From contig CAVVUS010000010.1 in the NCBI GenBank assembly GCA_963751345.1, positions 1-64,000 of the forward strand: DNA of 64,000 nt, read 5' to 3'. The stretch's first letter is position 1. Every line of letters begins with the position of its first letter. The stretch comes from an uncultured Chloroflexia bacterium. Its GTDB lineage: Bacteria > Chloroflexota > Anaerolineae > B4-G1 > SLSP01. Below, piece by piece: positions 63,681 to 64,000 of this stretch. Made by a program: the position numbers and the translations under genes. Below the pieces are notes generated by a model. The model saw nothing but the letters and a program-made list of their open reading frames with translations, did not search any database and had not been told where the DNA came from.

Positions 63681-64000
63681 CCCCTGCTCCTTCTTGCATC
63701 GCGTGCCTCAAACTGATCAAGGTCCGATGATAGAGGGCTTTGATGGCGCCCTCTGTTTTGCCAAGCACCTCTGCGATTTCCGCGTTGGTCATATGCTCGA
63801 AGAACTTAAGTAGAATGAGCGTCTTGCGGTCCTCCGGTAGTGAATCGACAACGTGCCGCAACGCCTGTTGCCTCTCGATGGTCGCTAACCAAGCCTCAGG
63901 ACTCGGCGCTTGCGAGTGTAAGGGAATCGGATCCTCCAGATCCAGTGAGATAGTAGGTCGATTCCCGTGATCACGGTACCAATTCACCAGCAGATTGTGT
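63661..64000 (-). CDS. ECF RNA polymerase sigma factor (5' truncated by window edge)
   Basis: 'NWYR', region 4 'LPEDRKTLILLKFFEHMTNAEIAEVLGKTEGAIKALYHR'. Confidence 0.88.
   Translation of the reverse strand, partial: HNLLVNWYRDHGNRPTISLDLEDPIPLHSQAPSPEAWLATIERQQALRHVVDSLPEDRKTLILLKFFEHMTNAEIAEVLGKTEGAIKALYHRTLISLRHAMQEGAGDVLEIQ

Overview
GC-rich chromosomal window from what looks like an anaerobic Chloroflexota (Anaerolineae-like) genome. This is inferred from the gene families, a C-terminal 'LYLPVIR' motif on a secreted protease, a GAAC-N4-GTTC-type SOS box and short-unit palindromic intergenic repeats. About 15 genes are split by single-base indels, most likely uncorrected long-read errors. 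Contents, left to right: a sulfatase/GH63 catabolic cluster; modF-like ATPase, msrC-like GAF protein, cydAB and rubredoxin; a minus-strand nucleoside/nucleotide housekeeping operon (HD, MtaD-CYTH fusion, NUDIX, adenosine-specific kinase, CinA-N, two receivers); a large S8 protease; lexA with a consensus promoter and SOS box; an ATP-cone/uridine kinase; prolyl oligopeptidase; a CDP-3,6-dideoxyhexose cluster running into adenosine kinase, ahcY and an NTPase-TPR protein; a hybrid kinase; hydA, xdhC, two deoxynucleoside kinases and AlaX; pncC; a chlI/chlD-type chelatase gene; araBD; DUF5107; an NBR1-Ig lipoprotein; and an ECF sigma/anti-sigma pair. The best-supported hidden signal is a complete -1 programmed frameshift cassette in the chelatase gene (internal SD, A_AAA_AAA, immediate stop, perfect 13-bp stem 7 nt downstream), which would make two subunits from one gene. 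Other highlights are a probable reductase-RfbH fusion joined by a repeat linker, palindromes inserted in frame inside enzymes, a nested inverted-repeat element flanked by 16-bp direct repeats next to a hairpin-dense 370-nt non-coding region, and several degenerate enzyme domains. No rRNA, tRNA, CRISPR array or transposase was found.
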